64,000 nt of DNA from an uncultured Eubacteriales bacterium. Its GTDB lineage: Bacteria; Bacillota; Clostridia; Oscillospirales; CAG-272. The stretch spans positions 2,222-66,221 of the forward strand of contig CAUGPT010000003.1 of the NCBI GenBank assembly GCA_959601495.1, in the 5' to 3' direction. Under the pieces are notes generated by a model. The model made no database searches and had not been told where the DNA came from. It was given only the letters and a program-made list of their open reading frames with translations. The position numbers and the translations under genes are program-made. Of the stretch, positions 43,649 to 52,540 are shown piece after piece; the first letter of the stretch is position 1, and the number at the start of each line of letters is the position of its first letter.

Positions 43649-43915
43649 ATTTCTCTTTCCTCTTTTCGGTTATTTCAAATGTTTTGGGGCAGCGGCGTTT
43701 CTCTGTGCCTTTCGCCGGAATATGCGCCCTGCCCCGAAAACTAAAAAGACTTTTATCGGACGCCGAAAAAAGCGCCCGATAAAAGTCTTGCCGTTTAATT
43801 CTCAAGCGGGCATTTCTGCCGTACTGACGCCGAAGACGCGGATAAAAGCCGCCGACTACTCCCTTTTATCGGAATATTACGCATTTATAATATCACATTC
43901 CCTTAAAATTTTCAA
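43649..43915 (-). promoter_or_regulatory. promoter plus ~230-nt leader with terminator/antiterminator alternative (candidate riboswitch or attenuator) upstream of oadB
   Basis: Minus strand: TTGAAA, 17 nt, TGaTATTAT. An 18-bp terminator hairpin AAGACTTTTATCGGGCGC-TTTTTT-GGCGTCCGATAAAAGTCTT plus TTTT lies at plus 43741-43789. CCGATAAAAG (plus 43863-43872) can pair with either CTTTTATCCG (43839-43848) or the terminator 5' arm. Confidence 0.6.
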
Positions 43916-44233
43916 CACTTTTTTCGATTTTTATGCATCTGTTTTTTGCCGTGAAACGTATCCGCGTGCCTATGCTGCGCCGCAACGCGCCCGAAAAAAG
44001 CGAAAAAGTAGGCTCTGCCTCTTTATTTTTTCACCCTTTTATGTTATAATGTATTAAATAATCATTATGCAGCGATGTTCAAAAGCTTCTCTGCCCAACT
44101 GCCCTGCGGCGCAGCACCGGCATCTGCAAAACGCAGCGCCGCATGCGGCATTGCGGGTTTGTACATCCGCAGTTTTTAGAGATTTCTCGGCGCTTCGGCG
44201 TCTTTACGGCAATTACGAAAGGAACCAAGCGAT

Positions 44234-46096
44234 ATGTGCGGTATTGTAGGCTTTACCGGAAATATAGTAAACAGAAACGAAGTCATCCGCAAAATGGCTG
44301 ACAGGATAATACACCGCGGCCCCGACATGGAAGGCTACCACATAAGCGGCGACGGAAAGTACGACAGCATTGCCCTCGGTCACCGCAGGCTGAGCATCAT
44401 CGACCTTTCCGACGGTCATCAGCCCATGTACAACGAGGACGGCAGCGTTGTCATCGTTTACAACGGCGAGGTGTACAACTTTGAAAGCCTGCGCGACGAG
44501 CTTATCGCGCACGGTCACGTTTTCAAGACCCGCTGCGACACGGAGGTACTCATCCACGGCTGGGAGCAGTACGGCACCGCTCTCGCCGCAAAGCTGAGAG
44601 GCATGTTCTCCTTTGCCATATGGGATTCCAACACAAATACGCTGTACGGCGCGCGCGACTACTTCGGCATAAAGCCGTTTTACTACTCCCGTCTCGAGGG
44701 CGGCGGGCTGCTTTTCGGCTCTGAGATAAAGAGCTTTTTCGAGCATCCCGAATACAAAGCGGCGGTAAACCCCGAGGCGCTGCGCCCATATCTCACCTTC
44801 CAGTTCAGCGCCATGGACGAAACGTTTTTCAAAGGCACGTACAAGCTGCCGCCGGCGCACTGGTTCACATGGCACGCGGGAGAAATGCACATCGAGCGCT
44901 ACTGGGATGCCGATTTCTCGCACAAAACCTCAAAAAGCTTTGAAAAGTGCACCGACGAGCTTGACGCGCGAATACATGAATCCGTTGCGGCACACAGGAT
45001 CAGCGACGTAAAGGTGGGCGCCTTCCTCTCCGGCGGCGTTGACTCAAGCTACATCACAGCCTGCCTTATGCCCGACGAGACATTTTCCGTCGGCTTTGAC
45101 TCCGGCGACGGCTCGCACAAGTTCGACGAAACAAATGAGGCAGGCGAGCTTTCCGATATACTCGGCATCAAAAACTACCGCGATATGCTGAACTCCGAGG
45201 AATGCATAGACGCTTTTGCAAATATCCAGTACCACATGGACGAACCGCAGTCCAACCCCTCGTCCGTACCCCTGTATTTTCTCGCAAGGCTCGCAAAGCA
45301 ACACGTTACCGTTGTGCTCTCGGGTGAGGGTGCGGACGAAATATACGCTGGATACGAATGGTACGACGAAACTCCGACCATGAGAAAGTACAAAAAGCTG
45401 CCCGCGTTTATCCGCCGTGCGGCATCGGGCGCGGCACAGCACCTGCCGTACTTCAAGGGTCACGATTTCATCATTAAGGGCAGCGGCAGACCCGAGGACT
45501 GGTTTATCGGTCAGGCGCTGGTTTTCCCCGAAAAAGAAGCTTATGACATACTGAAGCCGAAATACCGCGTGGGCCCCTCCGCAAGAGAGGTCGCGGCTCC
45601 CATATATGACCGTGTGCGCGATCTTTCCGAGCTTGACAAAAAGCAGTATCTGGATTTGAATCTCTGGCTGCCCGGCGACATCCTTCTCAAGGCGGACAAG
45701 ATGAGCATGGCTCATTCGCTTGAGCTGCGTGTTCCCTACCTTGACCGCGAGGTCATGCAGGACGCGGGCGTTTATCCCGATTCGTACAAGATAGCGGGCG
45801 ACACAAAAGAGATACTGCGCCGCGCCGCCAACAGGACCCTGCCGGACCAGTGGGCAAACAGAAAGAAAAAGGGCTTTCCCGTTCCGATCGCCCGCTGGCT
45901 TTGCGACGAAAAGTTTTCTTCCAAAATAAAAGAATACTTCACGTCAGACGTCGCAGGCGAATATTTCGATCAGGACAAGCTTGTGGCAATGCTTGCGGAT
46001 CCCGCCCACGACAGGCGCAAGATCTGGACGGCATACACTTTCCTTGTATGGCACAAGCAGTTTATAGAAGGCGCCGCTTTCGGCGCAAACATATGA
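44234..46096 (+). CDS. asnB: asparagine synthase (glutamine-hydrolyzing)
   Basis: MCGIVGF N-terminal nucleophile plus SGGVDSS PP-loop. Confidence 0.9.
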   Translation: MCGIVGFTGNIVNRNEVIRKMADRIIHRGPDMEGYHISGDGKYDSIALGHRRLSIIDLSDGHQPMYNEDGSVVIVYNGEVYNFESLRDELIAHGHVFKTRCDTEVLIHGWEQYGTALAAKLRGMFSFAIWDSNTNTLYGARDYFGIKPFYYSRLEGGGLLFGSEIKSFFEHPEYKAAVNPEALRPYLTFQFSAMDETFFKGTYKLPPAHWFTWHAGEMHIERYWDADFSHKTSKSFEKCTDELDARIHESVAAHRISDVKVGAFLSGGVDSSYITACLMPDETFSVGFDSGDGSHKFDETNEAGELSDILGIKNYRDMLNSEECIDAFANIQYHMDEPQSNPSSVPLYFLARLAKQHVTVVLSGEGADEIYAGYEWYDETPTMRKYKKLPAFIRRAASGAAQHLPYFKGHDFIIKGSGRPEDWFIGQALVFPEKEAYDILKPKYRVGPSAREVAAPIYDRVRDLSELDKKQYLDLNLWLPGDILLKADKMSMAHSLELRVPYLDREVMQDAGVYPDSYKIAGDTKEILRRAANRTLPDQWANRKKKGFPVPIARWLCDEKFSSKIKEYFTSDVAGEYFDQDKLVAMLADPAHDRRKIWTAYTFLVWHKQFIEGAAFGANI

Positions 46097-46109
46097 AAAG
46101 AGGCATTTT

Positions 46110-47339
46110 ATGAACTCTCAGATCGTTCCCGTATTTCTCGGCGCGGATCTTAACTGCTACAACTTCGCCCGCGCCTTTCACGAGGCGTACGGCGTAAAGT
46201 CGTGGGCTTTCGGACGCTATGAAATATCCGCCACGAAATACTCCAGAATAATCAATTTCAAAACCGTGCCCGACATGGACTGCGAGGAAACCATGCTGCG
46301 CGAGCTGCACGCCTTTGCAAAAGAGCATACGGGCAAAAAGCTGTATCTTTTCGGCTGTACTGACGATTACGCCGCAATGATAATCCGCCGCAAGGGTGAG
46401 CTTTCGGAGTACATTGCGCCCTCCCCCTCCCCCGAGCTTTACGGCTCTATACAGAAAAAAGCCGAGTTTTACGAAATGTGCGACAAATACGGCATTCCGT
46501 ATCCCGCCACAAAGGTCATAAGCGCCCCCGCGCGACCGGAGGATATAACTCCCGACGTGCTCGGCTTTGACTACCCCATTATAGTTAAGCCTTCTTCAAG
46601 CGTTGACTATTGGAAGCATCCTTTCGACGGAATGAAAAAGGTCTATATCGCAAAGGATAAGGAAGAGGCGGCAAAGATCACCGAAGAAATTTACGCCTCC
46701 GGCTATCCGGACAGGATGATCCTGCAAAAGCTTATCCCCGGCGGCGACTCCGAAATGAGAGTGCTGACGGCTTTCTCCGACAAGAGCGGACGCGTTCGCG
46801 CCATGTGTCTCGGACACACCATGATAGAGGAGCATACGCCGAAAGGGCTCGGCAACCACGCCGCTATCGTGACGGAGCCGGTCTCGTCTTTGGCGATTGC
46901 AGAAAATATAAAGCGTATGCTTGAGGATCTGGGCTACACCGGATTTTCAAACTTTGATATCAAATACGGCAGAGACGGCGAAGGCTTCAGAGTATTTGAA
47001 ATAAACCTGCGCCAGGGCCGCAGCAATTTCTACGTTACGTCCTGCGGACTGAATATCGCAAAGCTTGCGGTCGAAAAATGGGACGACGGCGGCGATGACT
47101 GCGTTATGAACGAAAACGTTCATTTCTGGCATCATGTTCCCGCCTCCGTTGCCTATAAATATACGGAGGACGCCGATCTTGCGGCGAAGGCAAAGAAGCT
47201 TGCCAAAGAGGGTCGCGAGACCTGCTCGCTTCTGTATCCGTATGATCTGCGGCTGAATCCGCTCAGATTTCTGTGCGTTATGGAGCAGCTGCGCCGCCAG
47301 AAAAAGAAATTCAGAATTTACTATCCCGTAAAGAAATAG
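46110..47339 (+). CDS. ATP-grasp domain protein (carboxylate-amine ligase; D-aspartate-ligase-like by context)
   Basis: 409 aa. IVPVFLGADLNCYNFARAFHEAYG N-terminus and IVKPSSS...KVYIA ATP-grasp core. It sits between asnB and an Asp-racemase-type gene. Confidence 0.7.
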   Translation: MNSQIVPVFLGADLNCYNFARAFHEAYGVKSWAFGRYEISATKYSRIINFKTVPDMDCEETMLRELHAFAKEHTGKKLYLFGCTDDYAAMIIRRKGELSEYIAPSPSPELYGSIQKKAEFYEMCDKYGIPYPATKVISAPARPEDITPDVLGFDYPIIVKPSSSVDYWKHPFDGMKKVYIAKDKEEAAKITEEIYASGYPDRMILQKLIPGGDSEMRVLTAFSDKSGRVRAMCLGHTMIEEHTPKGLGNHAAIVTEPVSSLAIAENIKRMLEDLGYTGFSNFDIKYGRDGEGFRVFEINLRQGRSNFYVTSCGLNIAKLAVEKWDDGGDDCVMNENVHFWHHVPASVAYKYTEDADLAAKAKKLAKEGRETCSLLYPYDLRLNPLRFLCVMEQLRRQKKKFRIYYPVKK

Positions 47340-47367
47340 ACAATCGCCAAAAAAGGAGGCGTTCGGC

Positions 47368-48105
47368 ATGACACCGCAAAAGCAGCCGCTGCTCGGCATA
47401 CTCGGCGGCCTCGGCCCCATGTCAAGCGCGTATTTTTACGAGCTTATAACCGCACATACGAAAGCGTCCAGAGATCAGGATCATATTGATATAATCCTGT
47501 CCTCCAACGCCTCAACGCCGGACAGGACCGCGTATATCATGAAGCAGAGCACGGAAAGTCCGCTGCCGTACATGGTCGCGGACGCAAAGCGCCTTGAGAT
47601 ATACGGTGCGGACGCCATAGTTATCCCCTGCAACACTGCGCACTATTTTCTCGATGAGGTGCGCTCTTCGGTCAGCGTACCCGTACCCAGCATTATAGAA
47701 GAAACGTCAATGTACCTCAAAAAGGCAAATGTCAAAAAAGCAGGTATCATGGCGACCGAGGGCACCGTATCAAGCCTTTCGTACCAGAAAAAGCTTGACG
47801 CCGTCGGGCTTGAATGCGCCGTGCCGGACGAGAAATATCAGAGATATCTGCACGAGATCATATACGACGACGTTAAAAGCGGCGCCGAGCCCGATCTTGA
47901 CAAATTTTATGCAGTTGCCGAACATCTTGCCGCGAAAGGCTGCGACCGCATGATACTCGGCTGCACCGAGCTTTCGCTCATAAAGCGCATCATCGGAAAC
48001 GACGAGCGCTTTACAGACTCGCTGGAAGTGCTCGCGCACAAAGCCATAAGGCTCTGCAATAAAGAAACGGTCGGTTTTTCTCCCGAATTTGACCTTATGG
48101 ACTGA
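47368..48105 (+). CDS. aspartate/glutamate racemase family protein (aspartate racemase-like)
   Basis: LGILGGLGPMSS, with the two catalytic Cys contexts IPCNTAHYF and LGCTELSL. Confidence 0.8.
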   Translation: MTPQKQPLLGILGGLGPMSSAYFYELITAHTKASRDQDHIDIILSSNASTPDRTAYIMKQSTESPLPYMVADAKRLEIYGADAIVIPCNTAHYFLDEVRSSVSVPVPSIIEETSMYLKKANVKKAGIMATEGTVSSLSYQKKLDAVGLECAVPDEKYQRYLHEIIYDDVKSGAEPDLDKFYAVAEHLAAKGCDRMILGCTELSLIKRIIGNDERFTDSLEVLAHKAIRLCNKETVGFSPEFDLMD

Positions 48106-48163
48106 CAAAGCCCGCGCAGCGCCGCGGCAGAATACCGCACGGAAAGGATACATATATATAGGC

Positions 48164-49645
48164 ATGAAGCTTGCTGATATACTGAAGAGCACCGCCGTAT
48201 GCGGTGAAATTCCGGATACGGACTGTACAAATATCGAATACGACTCGCGCAAAGCCCGCTTCGGCGACTTGTTTGTGTGCCTTGTGGGAGCAAAGCGCGA
48301 CGGGCACGATTTTGCCATGCGCGCCTACGATAACGGCTGTCGCGCCTTTTTGTGCCAGCGCCGTCTCGATCTGCCCGCCGACGCCGTGCAGGTGATCTGT
48401 GCCGACACGCGCAGCGCCCTTGCGTCGTGCGCCGCCGAGTTTTATATGCACAGTGCCGACAGGCTGCACATAATCGGTATTACAGGCACAAAAGGCAAGA
48501 CCACCACTGCCCTGCTGACGGCGGCTATACTCAACGCCTCCGGCATGAACTGCGCCTATATCGGCTCAAACGGCGTGATCATCAACGGCAAGCATACGGA
48601 AACGGTAAATACCACCCCCGAAAGCCTTGAGCTGCATCACTACTTTTCGCTCATGGTCCGCTCCGGCGTGAAGTACGCCGTGCTTGAGGTATCGTCTCAG
48701 GCACTGGGTCACCACAGAACGGACGGTATTCCGTTTGAGGTCACAGCCTTTACAAATCTGTCAGAAGATCATATCGGCGAGGGCGAGCACCCCGATTTTG
48801 AGGACTACCGCCGCTGCAAAAAGCGCCTGTTTACCGATTACGGCTGCAAATACATGATATATAACGCGGACGATCCCGCGGCAAAATACATGATAGACGG
48901 CTGTGATGCCGAAAAGATATCCTATTCACTTGACCCCGCGGCGGATGCCGTGTTCACCGCGTCGTCCGTGGAAGAATACCGCACAAGGACCTCCCTCGGA
49001 GTAAACTTTGTCTGCAGCATTAAAAACAGAATGTCAAAAGTACCCGTAAGCCTTATGTCGCCGGGAAAATTCAGCGCGTACAACGGACTTTGCGCCATTG
49101 CCATCGCGTCATGCTTCGGCATAGAGCCTGATTTCGCGGCGTCCGTTCTGCGGCGCACCCCCGTGCAGGGGCGTTTTGAGATCGTAGAGGGTCTTGCGGA
49201 CAGAACGTTCATCATTGACTACTCTCACAACGGTCTGAGTCTTACAAAAGCTCTCGAAACTCTGCGCGAATACTCACCCGAGCGACTCATCTGTCTTTTC
49301 GGCAGCGTCGGCGGCAGAACGCAGTGCAGACGCCGCGAGCTTGCCGAGGCAGCGGGCAAATACGCCGACTATTCCATAATAACCTCCGACAACCCCGATT
49401 TTGAAGCACCCGAGGATATAATCAAAGATATTGCCGCCGCCATGCCCGAGGGCGCGCACTTTGAGTGCATAGTAAACCGCGAGGACGCCATAAAGCGCGC
49501 CGTCGCAATGTCGCGTCCCGGGGACATTGTGCTGTTCGCCGGCAAGGGGCACGAGACATATCAGCTTATCTGCGGAAAGAAAGTTCCGTTTTCCGAGAGA
49601 GGCATAATCCTCGACTTCTGCGAGGAGCTGAGCGCGGTACGCTGA
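48164..49645 (+). CDS. murE: UDP-N-acetylmuramoyl-L-alanyl-D-glutamate ligase MurE (non-DAP-type motif DNPD)
   Basis: GITGTKGKTTT, FTNLSEDHIG, and ITSDNPDFE in place of the DNPR motif. Start at ATG 48164 (MKLADILK). Confidence 0.85.
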   Translation: MKLADILKSTAVCGEIPDTDCTNIEYDSRKARFGDLFVCLVGAKRDGHDFAMRAYDNGCRAFLCQRRLDLPADAVQVICADTRSALASCAAEFYMHSADRLHIIGITGTKGKTTTALLTAAILNASGMNCAYIGSNGVIINGKHTETVNTTPESLELHHYFSLMVRSGVKYAVLEVSSQALGHHRTDGIPFEVTAFTNLSEDHIGEGEHPDFEDYRRCKKRLFTDYGCKYMIYNADDPAAKYMIDGCDAEKISYSLDPAADAVFTASSVEEYRTRTSLGVNFVCSIKNRMSKVPVSLMSPGKFSAYNGLCAIAIASCFGIEPDFAASVLRRTPVQGRFEIVEGLADRTFIIDYSHNGLSLTKALETLREYSPERLICLFGSVGGRTQCRRRELAEAAGKYADYSIITSDNPDFEAPEDIIKDIAAAMPEGAHFECIVNREDAIKRAVAMSRPGDIVLFAGKGHETYQLICGKKVPFSERGIILDFCEELSAVR

Positions 49646-49676
49646 AAGCGGACCGTCCCCGAAATATCGATTTACA

Positions 49677-49712
49677 AAGCCTGTGCAAACGTTTGCGCAG
49701 GCTTCGTTTTTT
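49677..49712 (+). terminator. rho-independent terminator of murE
   Basis: AGCCTG(T)GCAAAC-GTTTGC(G)CAGGCT-TCGTTTTTT. Confidence 0.75.
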
Positions 49713-49814
49713 GCGGCACAGTACCGCGGCGTACCGCGGCGCTGCCCGCGGCAAACCGATAATGGGCGGCATTTTATGCGCCGATCCGCTCTTGTTGTGA
49801 AAAACGGTGTGTGA

Positions 49815-49968
49815 CCACAATATATAGTGGTCTTTTTTATTTGAAAAGACATTTTTTACCAATATATAGAGTTTGTCACAAAAAGCGTGTTATGTATTTG
49901 TTAATAGTGCTGATTTGTTCATATATTGGTAAAAAACATTGACTGGATACAACATATAGTGGTATACT
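49815..49968 (+). promoter_or_regulatory. NrdR-box operators (two strong, two weak) overlapping the nrdD promoter
   Basis: CCACAATATATAGTGG (49815-49830) and ACAACATATAGTGG (49949-49962) fit the NrdR palindrome acaCwAtATaTwGtgt. Weaker boxes lie near 49857-49872 and 49917-49932. The promoter is TTGACT (49939), 18 nt, TATACT (49963). Confidence 0.7.
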
Positions 49969-50026
49969 AAAGGAGCTGACAATAAATAATAAAAATGCCG
50001 CCGAGAGCTCGGACAAAGGAGAAAAA

Positions 50027-52393
50027 ATGTATCAGGTACTTAAAAGAGACGGTAAGATCACCGATTTCGATCTGTCGAAAATAACCCAGGCCATAACCAT
50101 GGCTTTTGAGGCGCAGGAAAAGAATTTTGTTCCCTCCGTTATAGATTTTCTTGCACTGAAAGTAACCGCAAACTTCGAGCCGAAGATCAAAGACGGACTT
50201 ATCGCCGTTGAGGATATTCAGGACAGCGTTGAGTCCGTGCTCGTTCAGGCAGGTTACGACGATGTGGCAAAAGCCTACATTATATACCGCCGTCAGAGAG
50301 AAAAGGTGCGCAATATAAAGACCACCGTTCTCGACTACAAGCAGATCGTTGACAACTACGTCAAGATCAACGACTGGCGCGTTAAGGAGAACTCCACCGT
50401 CACATATTCCGTCGGCGGACTTATCCTTTCCAACTCCGGCGCCATCACTGCGAATTACTGGCTCTCCGAAATATACGATGATGAGATCGCCAACGCCCAC
50501 AGAAACGCCGATCTGCACCTGCACGATCTTTCCATGCTCACCGGATACTGCGCGGGCTGGTCGCTGAAGCAGCTTATCAAAGAAGGGCTCGGCGGCGTTC
50601 CCGGCAAGATCACCAGCGCCCCCGCAAGCCATCTTTCCACCCTCTGCAACCAGATGGTGAACTTTCTCGGCATTATGCAGAACGAATGGGCGGGCGCGCA
50701 GGCGTTCTCCTCTTTTGACACATATCTCGCTCCCTTCGTAAAGGTCGACGACCTGAGCTACGAGCAGGTCAAAAAGTGCATCGAAAGCTTTATATACGGC
50801 GTCAACACCCCGTCCCGCTGGGGCACACAGGCTCCTTTCTCCAACATCACGCTGGACTGGACGGTCCCCGCGGACCTCGCCGAGCAGAACTGCATCATCG
50901 GCGGCAAGGAGCAGGATTTCAAGTACAAGGACTGCAAAAAGGAAATGGATATGGTCAACCGCGCCTTTATCGAGATCATGATAGAGGGCGACGCCAACGG
51001 CAGAGGTTTTCAGTATCCTATTCCCACATATTCCATCACAAAGAACTTCGACTGGTCGGAGACCGAGAACAACAAGCTGCTCTTTGAGATGACCTCAAAG
51101 TACGGCACACCATACTTCTCCAACTATATAAACTCCGATATGGAGCCCAGCGACGTACGCTCCATGTGCTGCCGTCTGCGTCTCGACCTCAGAGAGCTGC
51201 GCAAAAAGTCCGGCGGCTTCTTCGGCAGCGGCGAATCCACCGGTTCTATCGGCGTCGTTACCGTAAATATGCCCCGTATCGCTTACCTTGCCGAAAACGA
51301 GGCGGATTTCTACAAGCGGCTTGACCACGTTATGGACATTGCGGCGCGCAGCCTGAAAATTAAGCGCGAGGTTATCACAAAGCTTCTGGACGAGGGGCTC
51401 TATCCCTACACAAAGCGCTATCTCGGCACGTTTACAAACCACTTCTCCACCATCGGTCTTGTGGGCATGAACGAAGCGGGACTCAACGCGCGTTGGATAC
51501 GTAAGGATATGACGCACCCCGAAACGCAGGAGTTTACAAAAGAAGTGCTTGACCACATGAGAGAGCGCCTCTCCGACTATCAGGAGCAGTACGGCGACCT
51601 CTACAATCTGGAGGCGACCCCCGCGGAGTCTACGAGCTACCGTCTTGCAAAGCACGATAAAAAGCGCTTCCCCGACATTATCACGGCGCACGAGGGCGCA
51701 ACACCCTACTATACGAACTCTTCGCACCTGCCCGTGGGCTTTACGGACGACATCTTTACAGCCCTCGACATTCAGGACGATCTGCAGACACGCTATACCT
51801 CGGGCACGGTGTTCCACGCCTTCCTGGGCGAGAAGCTGCCCAGCTGGAAGAGCGCCGCAAACCTTGTGAGAAAGATAGCGGAAAACTACAAGCTGCCCTA
51901 CTACACCCTGTCCCCCACATACTCCGTATGTAAGGATCACGGATATATCGCCGGCGAGAAGAAAGAGTGCCCCATATGCGGCGGCAAGACCGAGGTGTAC
52001 TCCAGAATTACCGGCTACTACCGTCCCGTGCAGAACTGGAACGACGGCAAAACGCAGGAGTACAAGGACAGAGTTACCTACAATATCGACACGAGCGTTA
52101 TGCACCGCAGCGGCTACCCCGCAGACGGCAAAGCCGATGCCCCCGAGACGACCGCCACAGAGAGCAGCACTCCCATGCTTTTCGCGACAAAGACCTGCCC
52201 CAAGTGCAAGGTAGCCGCGTCAATGCTGGACAAGGCGGGGATCTCCTATGAAAAGGTCTACGTTGAAGACAACGAGGAGCTTGCGCGCAGTCTCGGACTT
52301 CACCAGGCACCGACCCTTGTCGCAAACGGCAAAAAATATGTTGAGATCGCGGGCGTGCGCGAGTTTATCGACGGCGCGGCGAAAGAAGCATAA
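50027..52393 (+). CDS. nrdD: anaerobic ribonucleoside-triphosphate reductase NrdD with a C-terminal glutaredoxin/NrdH-like domain
   Basis: ATP-cone N-terminus, Zn site CPICGG, glycyl-radical motif SRITGYYRPV, then an extra ~72 aa MLFATKTCPKCKVAASMLDKAGISYEKVYV... (CxxC thioredoxin fold). Confidence 0.9.
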   Translation: MYQVLKRDGKITDFDLSKITQAITMAFEAQEKNFVPSVIDFLALKVTANFEPKIKDGLIAVEDIQDSVESVLVQAGYDDVAKAYIIYRRQREKVRNIKTTVLDYKQIVDNYVKINDWRVKENSTVTYSVGGLILSNSGAITANYWLSEIYDDEIANAHRNADLHLHDLSMLTGYCAGWSLKQLIKEGLGGVPGKITSAPASHLSTLCNQMVNFLGIMQNEWAGAQAFSSFDTYLAPFVKVDDLSYEQVKKCIESFIYGVNTPSRWGTQAPFSNITLDWTVPADLAEQNCIIGGKEQDFKYKDCKKEMDMVNRAFIEIMIEGDANGRGFQYPIPTYSITKNFDWSETENNKLLFEMTSKYGTPYFSNYINSDMEPSDVRSMCCRLRLDLRELRKKSGGFFGSGESTGSIGVVTVNMPRIAYLAENEADFYKRLDHVMDIAARSLKIKREVITKLLDEGLYPYTKRYLGTFTNHFSTIGLVGMNEAGLNARWIRKDMTHPETQEFTKEVLDHMRERLSDYQEQYGDLYNLEATPAESTSYRLAKHDKKRFPDIITAHEGATPYYTNSSHLPVGFTDDIFTALDIQDDLQTRYTSGTVFHAFLGEKLPSWKSAANLVRKIAENYKLPYYTLSPTYSVCKDHGYIAGEKKECPICGGKTEVYSRITGYYRPVQNWNDGKTQEYKDRVTYNIDTSVMHRSGYPADGKADAPETTATESSTPMLFATKTCPKCKVAASMLDKAGISYEKVYVEDNEELARSLGLHQAPTLVANGKKYVEIAGVREFIDGAAKEA

Positions 52394-52540
52394 AAGCGAG
52401 AGACAGGCGGCAAAATAAATACAGCCCGTAAAGGCTGCCGACCAAGGCAGCCTTTACGCCGTTGAAGCAATTGCGCCTTCTGCCGCGCGGCGCGGCAAAC
52501 GCCGCTTTGCCCAAAAGTTTGAAAGAGAGAAACCGAAAAA

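Noticed and set aside
44213-45715. Minus-strand ORFs 44213-44923 and 45044-45715
   Set aside because: They are antisense shadows of asnB.
49967-52105. Minus-strand ORFs 49967-50632 and 51095-52105
   Set aside because: They are antisense shadows of nrdD. The first one also spans the NrdR-box promoter.
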